Shown piece by piece: positions 17,370 to 28,171 of a stretch of 64,000 nucleotides of DNA (position 1 is its first letter; each line of letters starts with the position of its first letter). Under the pieces are notes generated by a model, which searched no databases, was not told where the DNA came from, and saw only the letters and a list, made by a program, of their open reading frames with translations. Both the position numbers and the translations under genes were made by a program. The DNA comes from Caulobacter sp. (GTDB lineage Bacteria; Pseudomonadota; Alphaproteobacteria; Caulobacterales; Caulobacteraceae). Location: positions 11,552-75,551 of the forward strand of contig JAUSMJ010000005.1 in assembly GCA_030645575.1 (NCBI GenBank), in the 5' to 3' direction.

Positions 17370-18308
17370 TTGGCGCGCGATCCATATCTTGAACTCGGTG
17401 TGCCGCGCAGCGCGAGCCAGGACGAGATCCGCAAGGCCTTCCGCAAGCTGGCCAAGCAGTTCCATCCCGACGCCAACCCCGGCGACAATACGGCCGAGGA
17501 GAAGTTCAAGCGCGTCTCGGCGGCCTTCGACATCGTTGGCGACGCGGACAAGCGCAAGAAGTTCGACCGCGGCGAGATGGACGCGGACGGCCGCGAGCAG
17601 CATCCAGGCTATGGCGGCGGCAGTCCGTTCGGCCCCGGCGGCGCTTCGGGCGGCCGCTATCGGCCAGGCCCGGGCAGCCCCGGCTTCGAAGGCGTCGATA
17701 TCAACGACATCCTGGGCGACATGTTCGGCCAGCGGGGCCCGGGCGGGCAGGGCGGCGGCCGGGCCGGCTTCGGCTTCGGCAACGGCGGCCGGGGCGCCGA
17801 CCTGCGCGCCCATCTCGACATTGATCTCGAGGAGGCCATCCGCGGCGGCAAGAAGCGCATCGCCTTCTCCGACGGCCGCACGCTCGACGTGAACATCCCC
17901 AAAGGGGCCCAGGACGGCCAGACGCTGCGCCTCAAGGGCCAGGGCTCGGCCGGCCGGGCCGGTCCCGGCGACGCCCTGATCGAGCTGGGCATCAAGCCGC
18001 ACCCGCTGTATCGCCGCGAGGGCGAGGTGCTGCACATGGACCTGCCGGTGTCGGTGCCAGACGCGGTGCTGGGCGGCAAGATCGACGCCCCGACGCCCGA
18101 CGGCATGGTCACCCTGACCGTGCCCAGGGGCTCCAACAGCGGCGCCCAGCTGCGGCTCAAGGGGCGCGGCTTCATCGGCCCCAAGGGCCAGCGCGGCGAC
18201 CTGCTGGCCCGGCTGGTGGTCACCCTGCCCGACGCGGTGGACCCGCAGCTGGAGAAGTTCGCCGAGGCCTGGCGCAAGGAGCGGCCCTACTCGCCGAAAA
18301 GGCGTTGA
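17370..18308 (+). CDS. cbpA: DnaJ-class co-chaperone without zinc finger (CbpA-like)
   Basis: J domain (DPYLELGVPRSASQDEIRKAFRKLAKQFHPDANPGD), a G-rich linker and DnaJ C-terminal domains. No CxxCxGxG repeats. TTG start at 17370 preceded by GAGGGG. Confidence 0.8.
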   Translation: MARDPYLELGVPRSASQDEIRKAFRKLAKQFHPDANPGDNTAEEKFKRVSAAFDIVGDADKRKKFDRGEMDADGREQHPGYGGGSPFGPGGASGGRYRPGPGSPGFEGVDINDILGDMFGQRGPGGQGGGRAGFGFGNGGRGADLRAHLDIDLEEAIRGGKKRIAFSDGRTLDVNIPKGAQDGQTLRLKGQGSAGRAGPGDALIELGIKPHPLYRREGEVLHMDLPVSVPDAVLGGKIDAPTPDGMVTLTVPRGSNSGAQLRLKGRGFIGPKGQRGDLLARLVVTLPDAVDPQLEKFAEAWRKERPYSPKRR

Positions 18309-18386
18309 GCGTGACATGGGGCCGCCGGGATTGGATAACGTGGCCATTCAGCCCGCATTCAGCCGGCTGACCGTAGAAGCCAGGGC

Positions 18387-18818
18387 ATGAAGCGCCTGAT
18401 CGTCCTTTTCGCGGCCGTCCTGCTGTCCACCGCCCTCCCGGCGGCGGCGCAGGCCCAGGGCTGCCCGAAGGGCGACAGCATCGTCGCCAGGGCCTGCCGC
18501 GCGGAACGCGCTGGACGGGGCGGAGACGACGACCGGCCGCAGCCGGGCCCGCGCCCCTCCCGTGGCGGCAATTCCCTCGGCGACGGCTGGGCGCCGCGCG
18601 AGGACGACGCCCGCGAGGGCGTCCGCGGCGGGCGGCTGGTGCCGCTGGAAAGCGTGATCCGCAACATCGCCCGATCGACGCCGGGTCGGCTGCTCGACGC
18701 CGGCCTGGAAGACCATGGCGGGCGGCCGATCTACCGCGTGCGCTGGCAGGCGGCGAACGGCCAGCGTATCGATTTCATCGTCGATGCCCGCACGGGCGCG
18801 ATCATCGGCAGAAACTAA
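18387..18818 (+). CDS. PepSY domain-containing periplasmic protein
   Basis: Signal peptide, then a C-terminal PepSY-like segment (IYRVRWQAANGQRIDFIVDARTGAIIG). Immediately upstream of a two-component pair, a common arrangement. Confidence 0.7.
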   Translation: MKRLIVLFAAVLLSTALPAAAQAQGCPKGDSIVARACRAERAGRGGDDDRPQPGPRPSRGGNSLGDGWAPREDDAREGVRGGRLVPLESVIRNIARSTPGRLLDAGLEDHGGRPIYRVRWQAANGQRIDFIVDARTGAIIGRN

Positions 18819-18827
18819 GGAACTCCC

Positions 18828-19505
18828 ATGCGTATCCTGCTCGTCGAGGATGATCCGGACCTGTCCCGGCAGCTGAAGCTGGCGCTGGGCGACGCGGGCT
18901 ATGCCGTGGACCACGCCGCCGACGGCGAGGAGGCCCACTATCTGGGCGAGGGCGAGCCGTATGACGCGGTGATCCTCGATCTGGGCCTGCCCAAGATAGA
19001 CGGCGTGTCGGTGCTGGAGCGCTGGCGGCGGGACAACATCGCCATGCCCGTGCTGATCCTGACCGCCCGCGACAACTGGAGCCAGAAGGTCGCCGGGTTT
19101 GACGCCGGGGCCGACGACTATCTGACCAAGCCGTTCCACACAGAGGAACTGCTGGCCCGTCTGCGCGCGCTGCTGCGCCGGTCGGCCGGCCACGCCTCGC
19201 CCAATCTGAGCTGCGGCGGCCTGCGGCTCGATCCGCGTTCGGCCCGCGCCAGTGTCAATGGCGAGCCCCTGCGACTGACGTCGCTGGAGTATCGCCTGCT
19301 GCACTACATGATCATGCACCAGGGCCGGGTGATCAGCCGCACCGAACTGGTCGAGCACCTGTACGACCAGGACTTCGACCGCGACTCCAACACCATCGAG
19401 GTGTTCATCGGCCGGGTGCGCAAGAAGATCGGTCCCGACCGCATCGAAACCGTCCGCGGCCTGGGCTACCGGCTGACGCCGCTGCCCGGTGAGCCCACGG
19501 AGTGA
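18828..19505 (+). CDS. OmpR/PhoB-family response regulator
   Basis: MRILLVEDD...DAVILDLGLPKIDG receiver domain, plus a winged-helix output domain (LTSLEYRLLHYM...RGLGYRL). Confidence 0.92.
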   Translation: MRILLVEDDPDLSRQLKLALGDAGYAVDHAADGEEAHYLGEGEPYDAVILDLGLPKIDGVSVLERWRRDNIAMPVLILTARDNWSQKVAGFDAGADDYLTKPFHTEELLARLRALLRRSAGHASPNLSCGGLRLDPRSARASVNGEPLRLTSLEYRLLHYMIMHQGRVISRTELVEHLYDQDFDRDSNTIEVFIGRVRKKIGPDRIETVRGLGYRLTPLPGEPTE

Positions 19506-20887
19506 GGCTTCCCGCCCTGGGCCGTCGCTCGCTGGTCGGGCGGCTGGTGCTGCTGGCCGCCGGCTGGAGCCTGGCGGTGCTGATCGTCACCGGCCTGTCG
19601 CTGACGGCCTTCTTCCAGCAGGCGGCGCTGAGCCGGTTCGACCTGGGGCTGACCGACCTGATCGAGGGCCTGAACGCCGGCGTCAGCGTCGAGGAGGGCA
19701 GGGTCGTCGCGCCCGCCCTGACCGATACGCGCGCGCTGCGGGTCTATTCCGGCCGCTACTGGCAGATCGCCGAGCCGGGCCCGAACAACACCATCAAGGT
19801 CATCGTTCCGTCGCGGTCGCTGTTCGACCGCGAGCTGTCGATTCCGTCCGGGGTGGTGGCCCAGGTCGCGGCGACTCCGGCGGTCCAGGTCTTCTACGGC
19901 GCCGAAGGGCCGCTCGATCAGCCGCTGCGGGCCACGGCCATGCAGGTGCAGCTGACCGGCCGCGCGGCGCCGGTGATCCTGATGGCCGCCGAGGACCGCT
20001 CGCCCGTCGATCGCGAAGCCCGACGATTCGCCGCCCTGACCGCCGGGGCGTTGGTGATCCTGGGCGCCGGCATCCTCGCCGCGGTGTTCATCCAGGTGCG
20101 GGTGGGTTTGCAGCCGCTGTTCCGCCTGCGCGGCGAGGTGGCCGATGTGCGCAAGGGCAAGATCGAGCGCATCGTCGGCGACTATCCCTCCGAGCTTGAG
20201 CCGCTGGCCACCGAGCTCAACGCGCTGGTGGCGCACAATCAGGACGTGGTCGAGCGCCAGCGGACCCACGTCGGCAACCTGGCCCATGCGCTCAAGACGC
20301 CGATCTCGGTCATGCTGACCGAGGCCCAGCAACAGCCCGGCCAGCTGTCGGAGGTCGTTTCGCGCCAGGCCGAGGCCATGCGCGGCCATGTCGAACACCA
20401 TCTGCGCCGCGCCCGCGCGGCCGCCCGCTCGCAGAGCCACGGCGAACGTACGCTGGTCGAGCCGGTGCTGGACGAGCTGGCGGTGACGCTGGAACGCATC
20501 TTCCAGGACAAGGGTGTCGAGATCGACTGGCGCTGCCCGGAGGACCTCTGTTTCCGCGGCGAACGCCAGGATCTGCAGGAGATGGCCGGCAACATCATGG
20601 AGAACGCCGGCAAGTGGTCGCGCGGACGGGTGCGGACCACCGCCGCGGTGGTCTCGCCCGAGCGGCTGATGATCACCGTCGAGGACGACGGCCCCGGCCT
20701 CCCGGCCGACCGGCGGGACGAGGTGCTCAAGCGCGGGGCCCGGCTCGACGAGAGCGCGCCGGGCTCGGGCCTGGGCCTGGCCATCGTCGATGAACTCGCG
20801 CGGGCCTACGGCGGTTCGCTGGTCCTGGGCGATTCGGCGATGGGCGGCCTGAAGGTCGAGCTGAGCCTTCCGCGCGCCGAAACCTGA
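19502..20887 (+). CDS. sensor histidine kinase (two TM, HAMP, HisKA, HATPase)
   Basis: H-box HVGNLAHALKTPISV. N, G1 and G2 boxes (ENAGKW, EDDGPGL, GSGLGLAIV). GTGA overlap with the regulator gene. Confidence 0.9.
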   Translation: MRLPALGRRSLVGRLVLLAAGWSLAVLIVTGLSLTAFFQQAALSRFDLGLTDLIEGLNAGVSVEEGRVVAPALTDTRALRVYSGRYWQIAEPGPNNTIKVIVPSRSLFDRELSIPSGVVAQVAATPAVQVFYGAEGPLDQPLRATAMQVQLTGRAAPVILMAAEDRSPVDREARRFAALTAGALVILGAGILAAVFIQVRVGLQPLFRLRGEVADVRKGKIERIVGDYPSELEPLATELNALVAHNQDVVERQRTHVGNLAHALKTPISVMLTEAQQQPGQLSEVVSRQAEAMRGHVEHHLRRARAAARSQSHGERTLVEPVLDELAVTLERIFQDKGVEIDWRCPEDLCFRGERQDLQEMAGNIMENAGKWSRGRVRTTAAVVSPERLMITVEDDGPGLPADRRDEVLKRGARLDESAPGSGLGLAIVDELARAYGGSLVLGDSAMGGLKVELSLPRAET

Positions 20888-20965
20888 AACACCCGTTTCG
20901 GGTTCCGTTAACCCAATTCAGGGATGGTGACTCCGGGTTCTTCGGGGAACCTCGCGGCGGGGCGG

Positions 20966-22303
20966 ATGGCGGGACTCACGTCACAGAAAATCGAGATGCT
21001 CAGGACGCTGGTTTCGGCTTCGCCGGACGAGCTCGTGCGCACGCTGGAACTGGCCATCAGCGCCGATGGCGCCGGCGGCCCCCTGGCCGCGATCGGCGCC
21101 ATGGTCGAGGCCGAGGCCGCCGAGCGGGCGCTGCGATTTACCGTCCTGGCGCCCGTCGCACCGATGTTCGGCGCTGCGGCGGATGGTCGGCCGACCTGGC
21201 CGCGCGCCGCTCTGAAGTCGATCTGGTCGGCTCTGAAGGCGGAATCGCCCGATCTGGTGCGCGAGGCCGCGGACGCCTGCCACTATCTCGACCCTGACGA
21301 CCCAGCGCCCGAAATCTTCGACCAGCTGTGCCTGCGGGCGGCCGACGGCCTGGATGCCGCCGAAGGCGAGCACTACGCCGCCGCCGCCGCCCTGTGCGAG
21401 ACCGTGCGGCCCGGCGCCACGGCCGAGCTGGTCCTCTGTCTGCGCATGGCGCCCATCGTGCGGCCCATCGTGTCGCGGCTGACCGACTGGGTCCAGCGGA
21501 TGACCGACGAGCGCCGGGCGATCGCCCGCCTGGCCTATCGCGACGCCACGGCGCTGGCCGACGGCGCCGGGCCGCTGCTGTTCGAGATGCTTGCCGCGCA
21601 CATGCGCCAGCCGGCGATGATCCTGCGAATCATCTCGGCGGTCATGGACCATCCCGGCGAGCGCTACATGGCCGATTCGGAACTGGCCCGGTTCGGCGAG
21701 CGCGCGCTGGAGGAGATCGAAGGTCACCTGGATCGCCTGGGCGTCATGAAGCCCGGCGCCGGCGTCCAGGCCGGCCGCGACGCCGGGGCCGCCGTGCAAC
21801 GGGCCATCGATGCGATCGGCGAGCTTGAGCAGTCGGTCCAGCTGTCGCGCGACGGCGCCTGGGGCAGGCGGCTGACGAAACTGAAACAGTCCGTCGCCGG
21901 GACGGTCGAGGCCCGGCTGCGCGAGATCGACGAGGCCGCCGCCCAGGCCCTGCCGGTACAGAAGCTGCGCTACAGCGCCCGCCTGATCCGCACCGCGCCC
22001 AAATTGACCGATCCGCCGGACGAGGCCTCGATCAACGGGGCGCTGGGCCTGCTGTCGTTCGCCGACGCCGTGCGACCCTGCGCGCCCGACGGCGGCTTCG
22101 GCGTGGTTCGGGGCAAGGTGCTCGAAGCCCTCGGCAAACGCATCGACCAGTATGTCGAGGACGTGCTGGAACAGCTCCGCGCGGGCGAGGTCGAGGACGA
22201 CGAGCGGGCGCGGGAATTCCTCGGCGTGGCGGCCAACCTGCTGGCCCTGGCCCGCGACGACAAGAGCGCCGCCATCATCCGTCGCCGGGCTGCGGCGGCA
22301 TAG
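20966..22303 (+). CDS. hypothetical soluble protein, about 445 aa, no recognised domain
   Basis: Long ORF with coding-like composition. Start ambiguous (20924 or ATG at 20966). Ala/Leu/Glu/Arg-rich and likely all-helical. No TM segment or catalytic motif seen. Confidence 0.55.
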   Translation: MAGLTSQKIEMLRTLVSASPDELVRTLELAISADGAGGPLAAIGAMVEAEAAERALRFTVLAPVAPMFGAAADGRPTWPRAALKSIWSALKAESPDLVREAADACHYLDPDDPAPEIFDQLCLRAADGLDAAEGEHYAAAAALCETVRPGATAELVLCLRMAPIVRPIVSRLTDWVQRMTDERRAIARLAYRDATALADGAGPLLFEMLAAHMRQPAMILRIISAVMDHPGERYMADSELARFGERALEEIEGHLDRLGVMKPGAGVQAGRDAGAAVQRAIDAIGELEQSVQLSRDGAWGRRLTKLKQSVAGTVEARLREIDEAAAQALPVQKLRYSARLIRTAPKLTDPPDEASINGALGLLSFADAVRPCAPDGGFGVVRGKVLEALGKRIDQYVEDVLEQLRAGEVEDDERAREFLGVAANLLALARDDKSAAIIRRRAAAA

Positions 22304-22362
22304 CGCAACGCGCCTTGATCCAAATCCTCGCGCGGCGGCGCGCGATCCGCTAACACCCCGTC

Positions 22363-23442
22363 ATGATCGCATTCTGGATCGCCGCAGCGGCCCTTTCCGC
22401 AGCCGCCAGCTGGCTGATGTTGCGCGGCGCCCGCGCGGCGTCGCTGCGCGCGGTCGGCGAGGACCCGGCCCTGGCCGTGCACCGACGGCAGCTGGCCGAG
22501 ATCGACGATCTCGCGGCCCGCGATCTGCTGCCCGAGAGCGAGGTTCGGGCCGCCCGGGCCGAGGCCGGCCGACGGCTGCTGACCGCGGCCGAGACGGCCC
22601 GCCCGAATCCGGCCCCGACCGCGGGGCGGCGGCCGGTGTTGGCGGCGGCCGTGCTCGTCCCGCTGCTGGCGCTGGGCCTGTATGTCATGACCGGTTCGCC
22701 GGGCGCGCCGGACCAGTCCTTCGCCCGGCGGCTGGCCGAATGGCGGCGGGCCGATCCCGCGACCCTCGATCCCCCACGCATGGCGGCGCTGATGCGCATG
22801 ATCGTCAAGCAGCGGCCGACCGATCCGGAAGCCTTCAGGAACCTCGCCCTGGCCGAGCTGGCCTCCGGCGACGCCATGGCCGCCTCGGCCGCCCTGCGGC
22901 GCGCCGTGGCCATCGCCCCGCGCCGCGCCGACCTGTGGGCCGCGCTCGGCGAGACCTTCATGGCCGAGGGCGAGGGGCGCATCGGCGTCGATGCCCGCGC
23001 CGCCTTCGCCGAGGCGCTGCGCCTCGATCCCGGATCGCTCAGCGCGCGTTATTTCCTCGCCCGGGCCGATATCGCCGATGGCAGGGTCGAACAGGGGCTG
23101 GCCGGCTGGCGGGCGCTGCTGGCGACGCTGACGGCCGACGATCCGTCCCGCGCCGCCCTGTCGGCCGAGATCGCCGCCGTGACCGCGGCCGGCGGATTGC
23201 CCCAGGCCCAAGCCCAGGCCGCGCCCGCCCAGCCCGACGCCGCCGCCATCCGCGGCATGGTCGAAGGTCTGGCCGCGCGGCTCGACACGTCGCCCGATGA
23301 CCCGCAGGGCTGGATCCGGCTGGTCCGCGCCTGGTCGGTGCTGGGCGAGACCGCCAAACGCGACGCCGCCCTGGCCCGCGCCCGCGCCCTCTACAAGGGC
23401 CGTCCCGACATCCTCAAAGCCCTTGACGAGGCCGCCCAATGA
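22363..23442 (+). CDS. ccmI: c-type cytochrome biogenesis protein CcmI/CycH
   Basis: N-terminal TM pair plus TPR-like C-terminal region. Sits directly upstream of ccmE-ccmF-ccmH with an ATGA overlap. Confidence 0.85.
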   Translation: MIAFWIAAAALSAAASWLMLRGARAASLRAVGEDPALAVHRRQLAEIDDLAARDLLPESEVRAARAEAGRRLLTAAETARPNPAPTAGRRPVLAAAVLVPLLALGLYVMTGSPGAPDQSFARRLAEWRRADPATLDPPRMAALMRMIVKQRPTDPEAFRNLALAELASGDAMAASAALRRAVAIAPRRADLWAALGETFMAEGEGRIGVDARAAFAEALRLDPGSLSARYFLARADIADGRVEQGLAGWRALLATLTADDPSRAALSAEIAAVTAAGGLPQAQAQAAPAQPDAAAIRGMVEGLAARLDTSPDDPQGWIRLVRAWSVLGETAKRDAALARARALYKGRPDILKALDEAAQ

Positions 23443-23918
23443 CCTTCTGGCCGAAATCCCGCACCGCGCGGCGCAGGCTGACCATTCTGCTGGCGGTGGC
23501 GCCGGTGCTGGCGCTGGCGGCGGGGCTGACGCTGTGGGGGCTGCGGGACTCCATCTCGCTGTTCTACACGCCGGCTCAGGCCCGGGCCGCCCATGTCGCG
23601 CCTGGCCGCGCCGTGCAGCTGGGCGGGCTGGTCCTGCCCGGCAGCGTGGTCAAGCATCCGGACGGCCGGGTCGCCTTCGCCATCGCCGACAAGCAGGAAA
23701 CGGCGCGGGTGAGCTATCAGGGCGACCTGCCCGATCTGTTCCGCGAGGGGCAGGGCGTGGTCGCCGAAGGGTCCTTTGACGCCGCGGGCGTCTTCCAGGC
23801 CAAACGGGTGCTGGCCAAGCACGACGAGAAATACATGCCGCGCGAAGTGGCCGACGCCCTCAAGAAGCAGGGCGAGTGGCGCGGCGACGGCGCCGCCCCG
23901 GCCTACGGCAAGCCATGA
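23439..23918 (+). CDS. ccmE: cytochrome c heme chaperone CcmE
   Basis: 159 aa, single TM, OB-fold region and the heme-binding His motif [10 protein letters not shown]. Confidence 0.95.
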   Translation: MTFWPKSRTARRRLTILLAVAPVLALAAGLTLWGLRDSISLFYTPAQARAAHVAPGRAVQLGGLVLPGSVVKHPDGRVAFAIADKQETARVSYQGDLPDLFREGQGVVAEGSFDAAGVFQAKRVLAKHDEKYMPREVADALKKQGEWRGDGAAPAYGKP

Positions 23919-25873
23919 CGGTCGAGCTTGGCGCGTTCGCCCTGACCTTGGCCCTGGCCCTGTCCCTGGCCCAGGCGGCGCTCGGTTTCGCCGGCGCGCG
24001 GCGGCCGTCCCTGGCCGGCGCGGGCGAGGGGGCCGCCATTGGCGCCTTCGCCGGCGTGGCCGCGGCCTTCGCCGCCCTGGTGGCGGCCTTCGTCGTCTCG
24101 GACTTCTCGGTGACCAACGTGGCGGCCAATTCCCACACCGCCAAGCCGCTGCTCTACAAGGTGGCCGGAGCCTGGGGCAGCCACGAGGGCTCGATGCTCC
24201 TGTGGTGCCTGATCCTGACCGGGTTCGGCGCGGCGGTGGCGGCCTTCGGACGCGGTCTGCCGGCCGGACTGAAGAGCCGGGCGCTCGGCGTGCAGGGCCT
24301 GCTGGGTCTGCTGTTCCTGGCCTATACCGTGTTCGCCTCGAACCCGCTGGCGCGGCTGGCCGGGCCCCCGATCGAGGGACGTTCGCTCAATCCGCTGCTG
24401 CAGGATCCCGCGCTCGCCTTCCATCCGCCCTTCCTCTACCTGGGTTATGTCGGCTTCTCGGTGGTCTTCTCGTTCGCCGTGGCGGCCCTGGTCGAGGGCC
24501 GGGTCGATGCCGCATGGGCGCGTTGGGCGCGGCCCTGGACCCTGGCCGCCTGGAGCTTCCTGACGGTCGGCATCGCGCTCGGCTCCTTCTGGGCCTACTA
24601 CGAGCTGGGCTGGGGCGGCTGGTGGTTCTGGGACCCGGTCGAGAACGCCTCCTTCATGCCCTGGCTGATCGGCGCGGCCCTGCTGCATTCGGCCGTGGTC
24701 ACCGAAAAGCGCGGCGCGCTGTCGGGCTGGACCGTGTTCCTGGCCCTGGCGGCCTTCACCTTCTCGATGCTGGGCGCCTTCCTGGTCCGGTCCGGCGTGC
24801 TGACCAGCGTGCACGCGTTCGCTGTCGATCCGACCCGCGGCGTGCTGCTGTTGTCGATCCTCGGCCTGTCGTCGGGCGCGGCGTTCGCGTTGTTCGCCTG
24901 GCGGGCGCCGGCCCTCGCGCCCGGCGGCGTGTTCGCGCCGGCCAGCCGCGAGAGCCTCATCGTGCTCAACAACATCCTGCTGACCGCGGCCACCGGGGCG
25001 GTGATGTTCGGCACCCTCTATCCGCTGATCTATGAAGCCGTCGCCGGCGCCCCGATCACCGTCGGCCCGCCCTACTTCAACCTCGTGTTCGGCGTGCTGA
25101 TGGGCCTGGCCATGCTGGCCCTGCCGTTCGGACCCCTGACGGCCTGGAAGCGCGGCGACCTCGCCGCCAGCGCCGACCGGCTCAAGCTGGCCGCCGCCGT
25201 GGCCGTGCTCGTCGGCTTCATCGTCTTCGCCCTGGTCAGCCCGCGCAAGGCGCTGGCCAGCGGCGGCGTCGCCCTGGGCGCCTGGGTGATCGCCGGGGCC
25301 CTGGCCGAGGTGGCCGAGCGGACGCGAGCCTTCAAGGCGCCCTGGCCAGAGGTCCGCCGCCGGCTGACCGGCCTGCCCCGCGGCGCCTGGGGCATGACGC
25401 TGGCCCACGCGGGGCTGGGCGTGTTCATCCTGGGGGCCTGTTACGAGACGGCCTGGAAGGTCGAGGCGGCCGAAGCCCTGTCGCTGGGCGGCCAGCTGCG
25501 CCTGGGCGCCTTCGAACTGACTCTGAAGGATGTCGGCACGGTGGATGGGCCCAACTACCTCGCCGAGCGCGGCCGGATCACCGTGACGCGCGCCGGCCGG
25601 CCCGTCTGCGCGCCCGAGCCGGAGCGGCGCTTCTATCCCGCCGGCAAACAGAGCACGTCCGAGGTCGCCCTGTGCAATCTCGGCGTCAGCCAGATCTATG
25701 TCGTCCTCGGCGAGCGCCGCGCCAGCCCGGATGGCGGGCCGGCCTGGCTGGTGCGCAGCTACTTCAATCCCTGGGTCCAGCTGATCTACCTGGGCCCGCT
25801 GCTGATGGCGCTCGGCGGGCTGCTGTCCCTGTCCGACCGTCGCCTGCGCTTCGCCGTGGGGAGGAAGCCGTGA
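23915..25873 (+). CDS. ccmF: cytochrome c heme lyase subunit CcmF
   Basis: About 650-aa polytopic protein with the [14 protein letters not shown] tryptophan-rich motif. ATGA overlap with ccmE. Confidence 0.95.
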   Translation: MTVELGAFALTLALALSLAQAALGFAGARRPSLAGAGEGAAIGAFAGVAAAFAALVAAFVVSDFSVTNVAANSHTAKPLLYKVAGAWGSHEGSMLLWCLILTGFGAAVAAFGRGLPAGLKSRALGVQGLLGLLFLAYTVFASNPLARLAGPPIEGRSLNPLLQDPALAFHPPFLYLGYVGFSVVFSFAVAALVEGRVDAAWARWARPWTLAAWSFLTVGIALGSFWAYYELGWGGWWFWDPVENASFMPWLIGAALLHSAVVTEKRGALSGWTVFLALAAFTFSMLGAFLVRSGVLTSVHAFAVDPTRGVLLLSILGLSSGAAFALFAWRAPALAPGGVFAPASRESLIVLNNILLTAATGAVMFGTLYPLIYEAVAGAPITVGPPYFNLVFGVLMGLAMLALPFGPLTAWKRGDLAASADRLKLAAAVAVLVGFIVFALVSPRKALASGGVALGAWVIAGALAEVAERTRAFKAPWPEVRRRLTGLPRGAWGMTLAHAGLGVFILGACYETAWKVEAAEALSLGGQLRLGAFELTLKDVGTVDGPNYLAERGRITVTRAGRPVCAPEPERRFYPAGKQSTSEVALCNLGVSQIYVVLGERRASPDGGPAWLVRSYFNPWVQLIYLGPLLMALGGLLSLSDRRLRFAVGRKP

Positions 25874-26322
25874 GGCGCCGCCTGTTCGTCGTCCTGGCCG
25901 CGCTGATGCTGATGGCCGGCGCCGCCTCCGATCCGTCCGAACGGCTGCGGGATCCGGCGCAGGAGACGCGCGCCCGGGCGCTGTTCACGCAGGTGCGCTG
26001 CCTGGTCTGCCAGAACGAGTCGATTGACGATTCGGACGCCGAACTGGCCGGCGACCTGCGCAAGGTCGTGCGCGAACAGATCGCGGCCGGCCGGACCGAC
26101 GCCCAGGTGAAGACCTTCCTGACCGACCGCTACGGCCAGTTCGTGCTGCTCAAGCCGGCCTTCAGTCCGGCCAACGCCCTGCTGTGGCTGGGGCCGTTCC
26201 TGGCCGCCCTGGCCGGTCTGGCCCTGCTGGCGGGCCGCTGGCGGCGTCGCGAAGCGACACAGGATCTCTCCGGCGAGGAAGAAACGCGACTGGCGGCCTT
26301 GCTGGACGACGAAGCCCCGTGA
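25870..26322 (+). CDS. ccmH: cytochrome c heme lyase subunit CcmH/CycL
   Basis: Contains the LRCLVCQNESIDDS motif (CxxC) and a C-terminal TM. GTG start overlaps the ccmF stop. Confidence 0.92.
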   Translation: MRRRLFVVLAALMLMAGAASDPSERLRDPAQETRARALFTQVRCLVCQNESIDDSDAELAGDLRKVVREQIAAGRTDAQVKTFLTDRYGQFVLLKPAFSPANALLWLGPFLAALAGLALLAGRWRRREATQDLSGEEETRLAALLDDEAP

Positions 26323-26457
26323 CACGATTGCGCCCTGATCGAGCCTCAAGAAGTCCATCGTGGAATGACGGAAAGATAACTTGAGAGCGGCTACGCTCTT
26401 TGGCATCGAGAACAGCTAGTCAGGGCCCGCATCAGGCGGGACGGGAACGGAACACAG

Positions 26458-28029
26458 ATGGTCGCCAGGAAGACCGGATTCGTTGTTGGCGCCGTCGCCG
26501 GCGTGGGTGTCGCGGCCGCCGCGCTGGCCGGCGTGGGATTGCGCATGGCCCCGGCCCAGGCCGCCGAGTCGCAGCCGCTGGTGCGGACCTCGGCCGCCGG
26601 TCCGGCCATCTTCGCGCCGCCGCCTGGTGCGCCGTTGTCGTTCGCCGACATCTTCGAGAAGGTCTCGCCCGCCGTGGTGTCGATCGACGTCACCTCGCGG
26701 GTCGACGCCAGTTCGCTGCGCCTGCCCAATTTCCCGCTCGGGCCGAACGGCAAGCCGAACGAGGATGACAACAACCAGGACGGCGAGGGCGCCGGCCGGC
26801 CGCGCCAGCAGTCGTCAGGCTCGGGCTTCCTGATCTCGGCCGATGGCTACATCGTCACCAACAACCACGTCATCGAGGGCGCCGACGAGATCACCGTCAC
26901 CCTCAAGGACGGCCGCGAGCTGAAGGCCCGGCTGGTTGGCCGCGACGAGAACACCGATCTGGCCGTGATCAAGGTGCAGGGATCGGGCTTCACCTTCGTG
27001 ACCTTCGAGAACGCCGCCAAGCCGCGCGTTGGCGACTGGGTCATCGCCGTGGGCAATCCGTTCGGACTGGGCGGCACCGCCACGGCCGGCATCGTTTCCG
27101 CCTACGGCCGCAACCTGAACGACGAGTCCTCGAATTTCGTCGACTACGTGCAGATCGACGCGCCGATCAACCGCGGCAACTCGGGCGGCCCGACCTTCGA
27201 CATCTATGGCCGCGTCATCGGGGTCAACAGCGCCATCTTCTCGCCGACGGGCGGCTCGGTCGGCATCGGCTTCGCCATCCCCGCCGACGTCGCCGACAGC
27301 ATCACCAAACAGCTGATCAGCGGCGGCAAGGTGGTGCGCGGCTACATCGGCGCCCAGATCCAGAACTTCACCCCGGAGATGGCCCAGGCCATCGGCCTGG
27401 GCAACCTCAAGGGCGCCGTGGTCATGGGCGTCACGCCCGGCGGGCCGGCGGCCAAGGCCGGTTTGATGGTCGATGACATCGTCCTGTCGGTGAACGGCGT
27501 TAAGGTGGAATCCTCGACCGCCCTGACGCGCGAGGTCGCCCGGGGGGCGGCCGGGCAGACGCTGCGGCTGGAAATCGTGCGCGACGGCCGCAATCGCTTC
27601 ATCGACATCCGGTCCGGCGTGCGTCCGTCCAACGAGGAGCTGGCCAGCACCCTGCGGCCCGACGCCGACGGCGCCGCGCCGGGCAAGGCGCCCAGCTCGC
27701 CGGGCGTGAATCGCGTGCAGGTGCTGGGCATGGGCCTGGTCCCGCTCGATGCCGCCGCCCGCAAGCGGTTCAACATCGCGCCGAACATCGACGGCGTGCT
27801 GATCGACAGCCTGCGCGCCGACTCCGACGCCGCCGACCGCGGCATCACCGTGGGCAACGTGATCACCTCGGTGAACCTCAAGGCCGTGCGCACGCCGGCC
27901 GACGTGGCCGCCGCGGTGGACGCCGCCAGGAAGGCAGGCCGGCCGACGGTCCTGCTGTCGGTGCTATTCCGCGGCCAGCTGGCCTCGGTGCCGGTCAAGG
28001 TCAACGAGGGCGCGACTCCCCTGGGGTAG
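26458..28029 (+). CDS. degP: DegP/HtrA (Do family) periplasmic serine protease with two PDZ domains
   Basis: Catalytic triad context (TNNHV, DLAVIK, GNSGGP) followed by two PDZ-like regions; 523 aa. Confidence 0.93.
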   Translation: MVARKTGFVVGAVAGVGVAAAALAGVGLRMAPAQAAESQPLVRTSAAGPAIFAPPPGAPLSFADIFEKVSPAVVSIDVTSRVDASSLRLPNFPLGPNGKPNEDDNNQDGEGAGRPRQQSSGSGFLISADGYIVTNNHVIEGADEITVTLKDGRELKARLVGRDENTDLAVIKVQGSGFTFVTFENAAKPRVGDWVIAVGNPFGLGGTATAGIVSAYGRNLNDESSNFVDYVQIDAPINRGNSGGPTFDIYGRVIGVNSAIFSPTGGSVGIGFAIPADVADSITKQLISGGKVVRGYIGAQIQNFTPEMAQAIGLGNLKGAVVMGVTPGGPAAKAGLMVDDIVLSVNGVKVESSTALTREVARGAAGQTLRLEIVRDGRNRFIDIRSGVRPSNEELASTLRPDADGAAPGKAPSSPGVNRVQVLGMGLVPLDAAARKRFNIAPNIDGVLIDSLRADSDAADRGITVGNVITSVNLKAVRTPADVAAAVDAARKAGRPTVLLSVLFRGQLASVPVKVNEGATPLG

Positions 28030-28171
28030 CGGCTCGGCCGCGGGGTTGCGGGGCTCTCGCCTGGCGACCCCGCCGGCCGGATTACACTATCGTATGTTGA
28101 GGCCGCCGGCGGGAGCGGGGTAGTTTGCCGGTGTCGGCGGATTCTCTCCGCCGGCCATATCGGGGCGAACC

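Noticed and set aside
26323-26457. Possible ECF/sigmaE-type promoter (GGAAT...N...) upstream of degP.
   Set aside because: The match to any -35/-10 consensus was too weak and ambiguous to report as a feature.
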